DNA of 64,000 bases, taken from contig CAYLOJ010000005.1 in the NCBI GenBank assembly GCA_964385285.1, positions 493 to 64,492 of the forward strand, given 5' to 3'. A program made the translations under genes and the position numbers. Below are positions 8,919-18,211 of this stretch, piece after piece (within the stretch, counting starts at the first letter, position 1; every line of letters begins with the position of its first letter). The notes below the pieces were generated by a model. It was not told where the DNA came from. It ran no database searches and saw only the letters and a program-made list of their open reading frames with translations. Origin of the DNA: an uncultured Gammaproteobacteria bacterium (GTDB lineage Bacteria; Patescibacteriota; Patescibacteriia; UBA9570).

Positions 8919-10583
8919 ATGACTGTCCGTAGTAAATTATGGCTTACCTTTAGTGGCATCATCTTGCTGGCGGCAGTGTCTGCAGTAGTGGTGTATCCTA
9001 ATGCTCCCGACCTTACTTGGAAAGGTAAGTTAGTACGGGAAATCAAGGTGCAATTGGGCTTGGATCTTCAAGGTGGTACAGCATTAGTTTATGAAGCTGA
9101 TCTATCTAAAATCACAGCCGGTGAAGAAGCTGAGGCATTAGCCGGTGTACGCGATGTCATTGAGCGACGCGTGAACGCTTTTGGTGTGTCTGAGCCTTTA
9201 GTACAAACTAGTCGTTCCGGTACGGCGTGGCGTGTCTTAGTAGAATTGCCAGGCATCACTGATGTGAATGCTGCGATTAAACAAATTGGTGAAACTCCAA
9301 CCTTAGAATTTAAGACGGAAGCCGCTGATCAATCCCTCAGCGACGAACAGGCAACCTTTATTACAAGCCTGAACGATCAAAACAAAGAGCAGGCCAATAC
9401 GTTATTGGATCAAGCAAAAGGTGGTTCTGATTTTGCCACGCTTTCGGCCGATTATTACACAGCGTTAGGTTATGTGGCACGTGCCACGCTAGACCCTGTG
9501 GTTGCCGATGCGGCCTTTGCAGCGAATAGTGGGGAAGTAGTGCCAACTGTCGTAGAAACCGCGGATGCGTATTATGTCTTGAAAGTGGAAGACAAAACTA
9601 CCGGTGTTTTGGATGTCTTAAATGGGATCAGTACTACTGCCCCAGAAGGTGCCGCTACCGTTGAGGCGGTCAAACTGAGTCAGATTGAGTTAGCAAAATA
9701 TCCCTTAGATGCCAGTTTGTTTGGTCCTCAATATGATGATACGCAGCTAACTGGGCAACAACTCGATCAAGCGACCGTTACTTTTGATCAAACGACTTCA
9801 GCGCCGATTGTTTCACTACAGTTTAACAGTGAAGGAGCTGATCTATTTGAACAGATCACCTCAAATAATATTGGAAAAACTATTGCCATCTATTTAGACG
9901 GTCAAGCGATTAGTACGCCGGTTGTGAATCAGGCTATCTCTGGTGGCCAAGCTGTCATTTCTGGAAACTTTACCTTGGACGAAGCCAAAACATTAGCACG
10001 TCGCTTAAATGAAGGAGCTCTACCAGTGCCTGTGACGTTGGTCAACCAGCGTAATATTGGCCCCAGTTTGGGGGCAGAGGCCTTAGAGCGTAGTGTATTT
10101 GCAGGTTTATTAGCCATGGTCTGTTTAGCAGTCTTCATGATTGGCTACTACCGTTATCCAGGTTTATTAGCCATGGCAGCACTTACCATCTACGGAGTAG
10201 TGTTGCTCGCGATCTTTAAACTTTGGCCGATCACATTAACCTTATCCGGAATCGCCGGCTTTATATTGTCGCTTGGGATGGCCGTAGATGCTAATGTGTT
10301 AATTTTTGAACGCACAAAAGAAGAATTGCGTAGCGGCAAAGATCTTCAAACTGCTATTAATGATGGCTTTAAACGGGCTTGGCTATCCATTCGTGATTCC
10401 AACGTCTCCTCGTTGATTACTTGTATTATTCTGAGTTGGTTTGGTACCTCAGTGATTAAAGGATTCGCGGTCACGCTAGCCATTGGTATCGTCCTCAGTA
10501 TGTTTACGGCTATTACGGTGACTCGGACATTCTTAAAAATCTTACCCGTCAAACATACCCGCTGGTACGGTGTAAAACAATAA
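8919..10583 (+). CDS. secD: protein translocase subunit SecD
   Basis: 'LGLDLQGGT', periplasmic domain, and a C-terminal 6-TM SSD-type domain 'NIGPSLG...'. Confidence 0.9.
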   Translation: MTVRSKLWLTFSGIILLAAVSAVVVYPNAPDLTWKGKLVREIKVQLGLDLQGGTALVYEADLSKITAGEEAEALAGVRDVIERRVNAFGVSEPLVQTSRSGTAWRVLVELPGITDVNAAIKQIGETPTLEFKTEAADQSLSDEQATFITSLNDQNKEQANTLLDQAKGGSDFATLSADYYTALGYVARATLDPVVADAAFAANSGEVVPTVVETADAYYVLKVEDKTTGVLDVLNGISTTAPEGAATVEAVKLSQIELAKYPLDASLFGPQYDDTQLTGQQLDQATVTFDQTTSAPIVSLQFNSEGADLFEQITSNNIGKTIAIYLDGQAISTPVVNQAISGGQAVISGNFTLDEAKTLARRLNEGALPVPVTLVNQRNIGPSLGAEALERSVFAGLLAMVCLAVFMIGYYRYPGLLAMAALTIYGVVLLAIFKLWPITLTLSGIAGFILSLGMAVDANVLIFERTKEELRSGKDLQTAINDGFKRAWLSIRDSNVSSLITCIILSWFGTSVIKGFAVTLAIGIVLSMFTAITVTRTFLKILPVKHTRWYGVKQ

Positions 10584-10587
10584 TTTT

Positions 10588-11472
10588 ATGGGCATTCTTC
10601 GTTTACGTTACATCTGGTACACCATCTCTGCTCTGCTTGTAAGTGCGAGCATCGTTGCCATGTTTGTGTATGGGTTCAAATTAGGGATTGATTTTACTGG
10701 TGGAACCTTACTACAAATACATTACACAGTTGAGCGCCCTACGATTACTGAACTTACTGAACAATTACAACCGTTAAATCTTGGTGAGACACTTATTGAA
10801 CCAGTGAATGCAGACGGCTACATTATTAAGACTCAGTTCATTAATGATGATCAGCGAGTGGCTATTCTGCAAGCGTTAGGGAGCAACGCGGTCGAAGATA
10901 GTTTTGAAACGGTTGGTCCGACCATTGGTCAAGAATTGCGTCAGAAAGCGGTGACCGCGATTGTGCTCGTGATGTTGGCTATTGTGATCTATATCGCCTG
11001 GGCCTTTCGAGGCGTTTCAAAAGGGCCGGTGCCATCCTGGGCCTTTGGCTTGTCCGCGATTATCGCCTTATTCCATGATGTTCTTATCCCGTTGGGTGTG
11101 TTTGCTGTATTAGGGGAGTGGCTCGGCGTGGAAGTGAATGTGATGTTTATTACGGCTTTGTTAACCATCCTGGGTTTTTCTATACATGATACGATTGTAG
11201 TGTTTGATCGTATTCGAGAAAATTTGCGTCGTAGTAGTCAAGTTACCTTTGCAGGCGTCATTGGTGAGAGTATTCAACAGACTTTAATGCGTTCATTAAA
11301 TACCTCAGTTACCGTAGTCATTGTGCTGGCAGTATTACTACTCTTTGGTGGGGAGTCGATTCGCTATTTCATCCTAGCCTTAATGATTGGCATTGGAGTT
11401 GGTACCTATTCTTCTATTTTTATTGCTTCGCCATCGCTATTGATTTGGCAAAAATTGTTACGCAAGCACTAG
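10588..11472 (+). CDS. secF: protein translocase subunit SecF
   Basis: 'GIDFTGGT' motif; 6 TM helices; immediately downstream of secD. Confidence 0.9.
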   Translation: MGILRLRYIWYTISALLVSASIVAMFVYGFKLGIDFTGGTLLQIHYTVERPTITELTEQLQPLNLGETLIEPVNADGYIIKTQFINDDQRVAILQALGSNAVEDSFETVGPTIGQELRQKAVTAIVLVMLAIVIYIAWAFRGVSKGPVPSWAFGLSAIIALFHDVLIPLGVFAVLGEWLGVEVNVMFITALLTILGFSIHDTIVVFDRIRENLRRSSQVTFAGVIGESIQQTLMRSLNTSVTVVIVLAVLLLFGGESIRYFILALMIGIGVGTYSSIFIASPSLLIWQKLLRKH

Positions 11473-11545
11473 TCTTGCGTTATGAAACATATTTGACAGT
11501 TTGTAAAAGAAATGATATACTATTAAATGTAGTTATCATTAGATT

Positions 11546-12673
11546 TTGATGTTTATGGATAATGCAGGTTCAATTTTGGATCGTATTATTGCCAGCAAAG
11601 AAGATCAAGAGAAGCAGGAATTTCAGCCTTTAGAGGTGATTCGTGGTTTGCTTAGTGTACTAAGTGAAAAAGAAGCCGATGTCTTACAGCGACGCTACGG
11701 ATTAAATGGAGTGGCCAAAGAAACGTTAGAGGCGATTGGTGCTTCATACCACGTGACACGTGAACGCATCCGTCAAATTGAAAACTTGGCGGTGAAGAAG
11801 ATTAAAGACGATTCCACATTTCTCTCAGTCATTAAACCCGTTGAGCATGTAATTATCAGCACCATCGAGGAGCATGGTGGAATTATGCAGGAAGAGCATC
11901 TACTCAATGAACTGATGCCAAGCAACCGTACAGCTGCCTTTGATCAAGCCTTAGTCTTCCTACTCACTGAATTATTAGATGATCGTGTTTCTAAGGTTGG
12001 ACCTGATAAGGTTTTCATGAAAGGTTGGCGTGTTAAAACTGCCGATCTCCATTTTATTGGAGATGCTTTAGAGATGTTAGCCAAAACGATTCGTGAAGCT
12101 AATCTGCCGCTAGATTTGGCTGCTTTACTAGAGCGTATTCAGACCGATAGTTTTTATCTGCAGCATGCGGAGCGGCTGAGTGAAAAAACCATCCTCGCTA
12201 TTTTGGAAGTCAGTGCGGTGATTGATCATAACCCGTTTGATGAATATGGTTTGCGTGAGTGGGGTAGTGTAGTGCCTAAACGCATGAACGATAAGATCTA
12301 TCTCATTTTAAAGAAAGTGGGCAAGCCGATGCATTTCATTGATATTGCTAAACAAATTAGTGAAGTGTTTGGCAAAGAAGCTTACCCTCCCACCGTGCAT
12401 AATGAGTTGATCTTAAATAGTCATTATGTGCTGGTCGGACGTGGCATTTATGCCTTGTCGGAGTGGGGGTATGAAAAAGGTGTTGTAGCTGATGTGATCT
12501 CCACAGTATTGCAAGTGAAAGGCAGTCCAATGACACGTGATCAAATTGTCCAAGCGGTGTTAGAACGTAGAATTGTCAAGAAAAACACTATTCATTTAGC
12601 GCTCACTAATAAGAAATTATTTAGTAAGTTGCCCGACGGCCGTTACACCTTAGCGCCGCAGGCAGCCGAATAG
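11546..12673 (+). CDS. protein with N-terminal sigma-70 region-4-like HTH, unknown C-terminal domain
   Basis: 'ADVLQRRYGLNGVAKETLEAIGASYHVTRERIRQIENLAVKKIK' closely matches the sigma-70 region 4.2 consensus. The remaining ~280 aa are unassigned. Confidence 0.5.
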   Translation: MMFMDNAGSILDRIIASKEDQEKQEFQPLEVIRGLLSVLSEKEADVLQRRYGLNGVAKETLEAIGASYHVTRERIRQIENLAVKKIKDDSTFLSVIKPVEHVIISTIEEHGGIMQEEHLLNELMPSNRTAAFDQALVFLLTELLDDRVSKVGPDKVFMKGWRVKTADLHFIGDALEMLAKTIREANLPLDLAALLERIQTDSFYLQHAERLSEKTILAILEVSAVIDHNPFDEYGLREWGSVVPKRMNDKIYLILKKVGKPMHFIDIAKQISEVFGKEAYPPTVHNELILNSHYVLVGRGIYALSEWGYEKGVVADVISTVLQVKGSPMTRDQIVQAVLERRIVKKNTIHLALTNKKLFSKLPDGRYTLAPQAAE

Positions 12674-12677
12674 CAAT

Positions 12678-14237
12678 ATGCCGATTTGGCTGGAGACGAT
12701 CATTACTGAATATGGCAGCAACCCGTTCAAGGCGTTGTGGTTTGTGTTGGGTCACGGCGGTGCCTTGATTTTCATTCCAATCATGATCAAGATGGCCACT
12801 ACTGGCTGGATCTTTTGGTTGCAGGAAGTGTACAAACACCATATGCCTCATACGATGTATCGAGTAGAGGTGCCGCAGAACAATGAACAGAGTATGAAGG
12901 CCGTTGAACAGATTTTTGTGCAGTTGTATGGTTCCTACAATGAACCAGACTGGTGGGAAAAATGGTGGCTTGGCTTTGTGCAGGAAGAGTTTTCGTTTGA
13001 GATTGTTAGTGATGGTGGCTATATTACTTTTTATGTTCGCACTCCCACTAAATACAAAGAAATTTTGCAGTCAGCTTTTTATTCGCATTATCCAGATGCT
13101 ATCTTAACTGAGGTGGAGGATTATACCAAAGAAATTACAGTAGACATGATTAATGACGGGAAGGTGAAAGTCTGGGGCTCGGAAATGAAATTAGAAAACG
13201 ATGACGTTCAGCCAATTAAACCGTATCCGGCATTTGAACATCAGCTAACCGGTAAGGCAGTGGATCCGATGGCTAATATGTTAGAGTTGATGAGCCGCAT
13301 GCAACCTGGAGAAAAATTGTGGTATCAAATTATGGCCCAACCTACCAGTTTGGCACACTTGAAGCATCGTTCAGAGGCAGCGATCACAGCAATTGTTGAT
13401 CCTGGTAAAGCGGCGCATCATGGTGGGCCAGATATCTTAGACCACGTGACCAAGTTTGTCTGGATGGTCTTGGGTGGTATCCATAAAATTCTTTTTGGTG
13501 GCGAGGATGATGGTGGTGGTCATGAAGAAAAACCGGCCGGCCGTGAACGTTTAACTGGGCCAGAAAAAGAGTTTGTGGAGGAAGTCGATAAGAAAGCTTC
13601 CCGCTGGCCGTATCATACCAAAATTCGCTTTATGTATTTTGCTGCTCCTAAAATTTATGATGCAACGAAGGCACGTCGTGGTATGTTGGGTGCGTTTCGA
13701 TTGTATCGTTTTATTAATGCCTTTGCTGAAGGAACATTAACGCGCACAGATTGGGGTTGTTTACCGTACCGCTATATTCGTCCTGAACCACGATTACTGG
13801 CTCGAGCGCGCCATATGTTTTGGGCATATCGTTCACGGGACATGGAGCGTGGCGAACATGAAGGGTTTATACTGAGTACCGAAGAGTTGACTGCGATCTA
13901 TCACTTCCCATCGATTGATGTACGTGCTCCGTATGTGGCCAAAGCCCAATCACGTGGTGTGGAGCCACCAACGCTATTACGCTATGACGAAGGTGAGGCG
14001 GAACCGGGTATGGGGGTACAGATGGAGAAGGGTAGTACAGACCGAGTAATGACATCTGGTAGTGGAGTACTCTTAGAGCCGCCTACCAGTGTACTAGGTA
14101 GTGAACCGCCGCTAGTAGCACGACCCCGCGTGACCTTAGCGCAACCTGAAGATGTCCCTACGGAAGGTAGCTCTGAAGACCGTGCTGGCGTTCCCGGAGC
14201 AGATAGTGACGCCCCATCTAATTTACCGTTTGTATAA
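12678..14237 (+). CDS. hypothetical membrane-anchored protein (N-terminal TM pair, large soluble domain), immediately upstream of the VirD4-like ATPase
   Basis: N-terminal hydrophobic pair 'FKALWFVLGHGGALIFIPIMI..TTGWIFWL'; acidic Gly-rich stretch; Pro/Glu-rich tail. 5-nt gap to the next gene. Confidence 0.5.
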   Translation: MPIWLETIITEYGSNPFKALWFVLGHGGALIFIPIMIKMATTGWIFWLQEVYKHHMPHTMYRVEVPQNNEQSMKAVEQIFVQLYGSYNEPDWWEKWWLGFVQEEFSFEIVSDGGYITFYVRTPTKYKEILQSAFYSHYPDAILTEVEDYTKEITVDMINDGKVKVWGSEMKLENDDVQPIKPYPAFEHQLTGKAVDPMANMLELMSRMQPGEKLWYQIMAQPTSLAHLKHRSEAAITAIVDPGKAAHHGGPDILDHVTKFVWMVLGGIHKILFGGEDDGGGHEEKPAGRERLTGPEKEFVEEVDKKASRWPYHTKIRFMYFAAPKIYDATKARRGMLGAFRLYRFINAFAEGTLTRTDWGCLPYRYIRPEPRLLARARHMFWAYRSRDMERGEHEGFILSTEELTAIYHFPSIDVRAPYVAKAQSRGVEPPTLLRYDEGEAEPGMGVQMEKGSTDRVMTSGSGVLLEPPTSVLGSEPPLVARPRVTLAQPEDVPTEGSSEDRAGVPGADSDAPSNLPFV

Positions 14238-14242
14238 TACTT

Positions 14243-16621
14243 ATGTCTGCAGATATTACAGTCTTTGCCGAAACTAATTTCCGTAACCAACGACGTAAGT
14301 TTGGTATTAAGCGCGATGACCGTCGTCGTCATATGTACGTGGTGGGTAAAACCGGTATGGGTAAATCGACCTTGCTGGAAAATATGATTATTGCCGATAT
14401 CCGCGCTGGTAATGGGTTGGCAGTCGTTGATCCGCACGGCGATCTGGCGGAAAAAATTCTAGAATATATTCCGAATAATCGGGTAAACGATGTAATCTAT
14501 TTTAATCCATCGGATACAAAATTTCCGATCGCCTTCAATATTTTGGAGAGCATTGGCGAAGATTACAAACATTTAGTGGCCTACGGCTTAGTCGGTGTGT
14601 TCAAGAAAATCTGGGCAGATTCGTGGGGTCCTCGTATGGAATATATTATGACCAACACTATCTTGGCGCTGTTGGAGTATCCCGGTAGTACGTTGTTAGG
14701 GTTAATGCGCATGTTGGTAGACAAAACCTATCGCAAAAAGGTTGTTTCCAAAATTCAGGATCCGGTCGTAAAAACCTTCTGGGCAGATGAGTACGCAAAT
14801 TATTCTGAAAAGTTCCGTACAGAGGCGATTGCTCCGATCCAAAACAAAGTCGGTCAATTTTTAGCTTCTGCCATTATTCGTAATATCGTTGGACAATCGA
14901 AAAGTACGATTGAGATGCGCGATATTATGGATAAGCAGAAGATTCTGATTATGAATCTAGCGAAAGGCCGTATTGGTGAAGAAAACTCCGCGTTGTTAGG
15001 CGCAATGATGATTACAAAATTGCAGATTGCCGCGATGAGTCGTGTGGATATTCCAGAACCAGATCGTAAGGATTTTTATCTCTATGTTGATGAGTTTCAG
15101 AACTTTGCCACCGATAGTTTTGCGGGAATTTTATCTGAAGCGCGTAAATATCGGTTGTGTTTAATTATGGCTCATCAGTACTTTGAGCAGCTGGGAGATG
15201 TGGTGAAAGCCGCTGTGTTCGGTAACGTTGGTACGATGATTGTATTTCGCGTAGGTGCGGCGGATGCTGCGGAATTAGAACTGGAATTTGCTCCGCAGTT
15301 CTTGCCAACGGATATTGTAAACCTGAAAAAGTATACTTTTTGCTTGCGTCTGATGGTGGATGGCGTTGCAACCGAACCTTTTTCTGGCATTGGTTTAGCG
15401 CCGGCGTCAGGTGCTACTAGTAACCGAGATAAAATTATTAAGGTGTCACGTGAACGCTATGCGCGTCCACAGGAGATGGTAGAAGATCGTATCATTCGGT
15501 GGAGTGGTGTAGAAATTACCAAACCCGGTGCTACTCCGGTTGATGGTGCACCAGTTGATGATAACAATGATGAAGGGGATGATATGAACTGGCCTGAACC
15601 CACTTGGAAAAATGATCTGCCAGATGATGAGTTAGCGGATATTAGTCCGATTGTGGCAGTGCCAGGCGGTGTGAATGTGGAAGCACCGGTAGCTAATACT
15701 AGCAGTGCCTTTGTAAATGCGGATGGATTTATTCCTGGTGATCACGCTCCTACAATCACAAAAACCCCTACTGAGATGCCAGTGGTCAAAGCTGAGCCTG
15801 TTGTGAAATTGGCTCCCGAGCCGATCAGTGAGGTGCCAGCCGCAGTAACAGCTAGTACAACAGAAGCCAATCGTCCGCGGATTAGCTTTATTAACCATCT
15901 ACCATCTTCTTTGGCGACTGAACCTGTGGAAGAACCTCAACCGGTTGTTGCTGTACCGGTAGTGGATACACCCACACCTACAGTTATGCCTGTTCAACCT
16001 ATTGCACCGACCAAACCACAGCCGCAGGTGAAACAGGCCGTTACTCCACCCACATCTGTTCCGGTAGCACCACAACCTAAAGTGCAACCGATTGCGTCAA
16101 TCAAACCCCCCGTGGTGGCTCCTGTGCAATCCGCCGCACCGATCAAGCCAGCCGCGCCACGTGTTGTACTTGAAACAGAGCCAGACGCTACGGATGATGA
16201 AGGCGATGAGGATACTGACGATGAGGATACTGAAGGTACTGACACTAGTGGTCCAAGTGTTTCTTTGCAGGCACTCAAACAGGGTAATGTCCAATCCGTA
16301 AAATTTTCTGGTGCTCAGAATACTAGTGGTAGTAATAATGGGGTAGGTAATAGTAATTCTGGTGGTGGCGATCCAGCAAAACGTAAACGGAAGCGTAAAC
16401 GGAAGCGTGGAAATGGCAGTGGTAATCCTAGTACCCCTGGTGTTAATCCCGTTGCTGCAACGAGCAACCCTCAACCTAAACAAACTTTTTCTGCGGAAGC
16501 CAGGCCGCGTGCTCAAACTCCTCAACCTAGCCCTGCAGCTAAGCCTGTGGCTCCAGCGCCAACTCCTAAACCAGCCGTCAGTGCTGATACCACTAAAGTA
16601 CAGTGGGGCGATCTATTATGA
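14243..16621 (+). CDS. VirD4/TraG/TraD-like type IV coupling-protein-type ATPase with long disordered Pro/Val/Ala/Thr-rich C-terminal tail
   Basis: Walker A 'VVGKTGMGKST' and Walker B 'LYVDEFQNF' in the TraD/T4SS-DNA-transfer arrangement. The last ~330 aa are low complexity with an acidic 'TDDEGDEDTDDEDTEGTDT' stretch and 'KRKRKRKRKRG'. Confidence 0.6.
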   Translation: MSADITVFAETNFRNQRRKFGIKRDDRRRHMYVVGKTGMGKSTLLENMIIADIRAGNGLAVVDPHGDLAEKILEYIPNNRVNDVIYFNPSDTKFPIAFNILESIGEDYKHLVAYGLVGVFKKIWADSWGPRMEYIMTNTILALLEYPGSTLLGLMRMLVDKTYRKKVVSKIQDPVVKTFWADEYANYSEKFRTEAIAPIQNKVGQFLASAIIRNIVGQSKSTIEMRDIMDKQKILIMNLAKGRIGEENSALLGAMMITKLQIAAMSRVDIPEPDRKDFYLYVDEFQNFATDSFAGILSEARKYRLCLIMAHQYFEQLGDVVKAAVFGNVGTMIVFRVGAADAAELELEFAPQFLPTDIVNLKKYTFCLRLMVDGVATEPFSGIGLAPASGATSNRDKIIKVSRERYARPQEMVEDRIIRWSGVEITKPGATPVDGAPVDDNNDEGDDMNWPEPTWKNDLPDDELADISPIVAVPGGVNVEAPVANTSSAFVNADGFIPGDHAPTITKTPTEMPVVKAEPVVKLAPEPISEVPAAVTASTTEANRPRISFINHLPSSLATEPVEEPQPVVAVPVVDTPTPTVMPVQPIAPTKPQPQVKQAVTPPTSVPVAPQPKVQPIASIKPPVVAPVQSAAPIKPAAPRVVLETEPDATDDEGDEDTDDEDTEGTDTSGPSVSLQALKQGNVQSVKFSGAQNTSGSNNGVGNSNSGGGDPAKRKRKRKRKRGNGSGNPSTPGVNPVAATSNPQPKQTFSAEARPRAQTPQPSPAAKPVAPAPTPKPAVSADTTKVQWGDLL

Positions 16622-18210
16622 TCTTGGCGACTTGTTCGCAGTGCCAACAAGCGTTTTCCATTTTTGAGCAAGATCAGACCTTTTACAAGCGTCTTGGAGT
16701 GCCAAATCCTGTACGCTGTCCGCAATGTCGATTTCAGTTGCGCATGTCATTTCGGAATGAACGGTTTCTCTACCAGCGGAATTGTGCGTTGTGCCATAAG
16801 GTCACTTTGTCACAATATTCACCAGATAAACCCTATGTCATTTATTGTCGTGCCTGTTGGTGGAGCGATCAATGGGATCCACTATCATTCGGACAGCCTA
16901 TCGATTGGTCTAGACCTTTTTTTGAGCAGCTGGCGGAGCTAAAGTTGCACACGCCGCGACTTGCATTACTGAACGATGGTGATAGTGAAAATAGTGAATA
17001 TTGTAACCGTGTGAATAAGCTGAAAAATTGCTACATGATCTTTGATGCTGTGGGGAATGAAAATTGTAGTTACGGTGCTGGCTTATACGGCAATCGAGAC
17101 AGCGTAGATTGTGATTATTGTGATCGCGTTGAGTTATGTTATGACTGTAGTTATTGCACAGAATGCTATAACCTAAAATTCAGCCGGGAGAGTGTGAATT
17201 GTCGAGACAGTGAGTACTTACTCGATTGCGTTGGTGTCTCTAATTCATTGATGTGTGTTGGTTTGCGGAATGTAGAGTATCATTATAAAAATAAACCGGT
17301 CACACCAGCGGAACTGAACCGACTACGACAGATGCCCCACAGCAGTGCTGAGTTTGAGCAATTTGCTTTAAACATGCCACGGCGCTACTACAATGGTGTA
17401 AATAACGCTGATAGTAGTGGTGATCATTTGGTAAATACACACGCTGTCCAAAACTCCTTTCAAGTGCGAGATTCTGAAAACTGTAGCTACTGTTATGGCG
17501 TGCATCACAGTAAGGATTCTTACGATTATACGATTTGGGGCGAACAAGCCGAACTGATGTATGAAGCGCATGCCTGTGGTGGACAGACAACACGCACCTT
17601 ATTTGGCAATGTGGTTTGGTACGGACACGATACCTATTATTGCGACCACTGCTTGAATGGAGCTGTAGATTGTTTTGGCTGCATTGGTTTAAAGAATCAA
17701 TCAAACTGTATTCTGAATAGATCATATTCTCCCGAAGTGTACCAAGCCACCAAAGATAAATTAATTGAACACATGAAAGCGACGGGTGAGTGGGGTCAAT
17801 TTTTTCCGGAGCGTTTGAGCGATTTTGCATATAATGAAACGATGGCTCAAGAATTCTTTCCGCTGACCAAAGCACAAGCTCTAACCCGAGGTTGGCAGTG
17901 GCAGGATCACTTACCCGGTATCTATGGTAAGGCTGATGCGGGTAAGCAGATCTATGATTGCATCGATTGTAGGAAGAATTTTAAATTGGTGACAGCAGAG
18001 CTAGAGTTCTATCAAAAACAGGGTATTCCTGCACCATCGCGCTGTCCGGATTGTCGGCACGCTGCCAGAATGCGATACAGGCCACCCTACCAACTATGGG
18101 AGCGCAGCTGCATGAACACGGGCTGCACGAATCGTTTCCAAACCGCTTATAGTCCAGAACGTAAAGAGATCATCTATTGTGATAGCTGCTATAAACAGTT
18201 AGTCTATTAA
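16618..18210 (+). CDS. Cys-rich tandem-family protein A (N- and C-terminal zinc-ribbon-like modules, Cys-rich repeats)
   Basis: ATG at 16618 overlaps the TGA of the upstream ATPase (ATGA). About 10% Cys. N-terminal 'CSQCQQ..FY..LGVPNPVRCPQCR..LRMSFRNERFLYQRNCALC..VIYCRACWWSD'. C-terminal 'FYQKQGIPAPSRCPDCRHAARMRYRPPYQLWERSC...IIYCDSCY'. Confidence 0.7.
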   Translation: MILATCSQCQQAFSIFEQDQTFYKRLGVPNPVRCPQCRFQLRMSFRNERFLYQRNCALCHKVTLSQYSPDKPYVIYCRACWWSDQWDPLSFGQPIDWSRPFFEQLAELKLHTPRLALLNDGDSENSEYCNRVNKLKNCYMIFDAVGNENCSYGAGLYGNRDSVDCDYCDRVELCYDCSYCTECYNLKFSRESVNCRDSEYLLDCVGVSNSLMCVGLRNVEYHYKNKPVTPAELNRLRQMPHSSAEFEQFALNMPRRYYNGVNNADSSGDHLVNTHAVQNSFQVRDSENCSYCYGVHHSKDSYDYTIWGEQAELMYEAHACGGQTTRTLFGNVVWYGHDTYYCDHCLNGAVDCFGCIGLKNQSNCILNRSYSPEVYQATKDKLIEHMKATGEWGQFFPERLSDFAYNETMAQEFFPLTKAQALTRGWQWQDHLPGIYGKADAGKQIYDCIDCRKNFKLVTAELEFYQKQGIPAPSRCPDCRHAARMRYRPPYQLWERSCMNTGCTNRFQTAYSPERKEIIYCDSCYKQLVY

Positions 18211-18211
18211 T

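Noticed and set aside
16300-16420. 'KRKRKRKRKRG' run, which resembles a eukaryotic nuclear-localisation signal.
   Set aside because: It sits within a long low-complexity tail of a bacterial ATPase. A poly-basic nucleic-acid- or membrane-binding stretch is sufficient explanation, and an NLS role cannot be supported from sequence.
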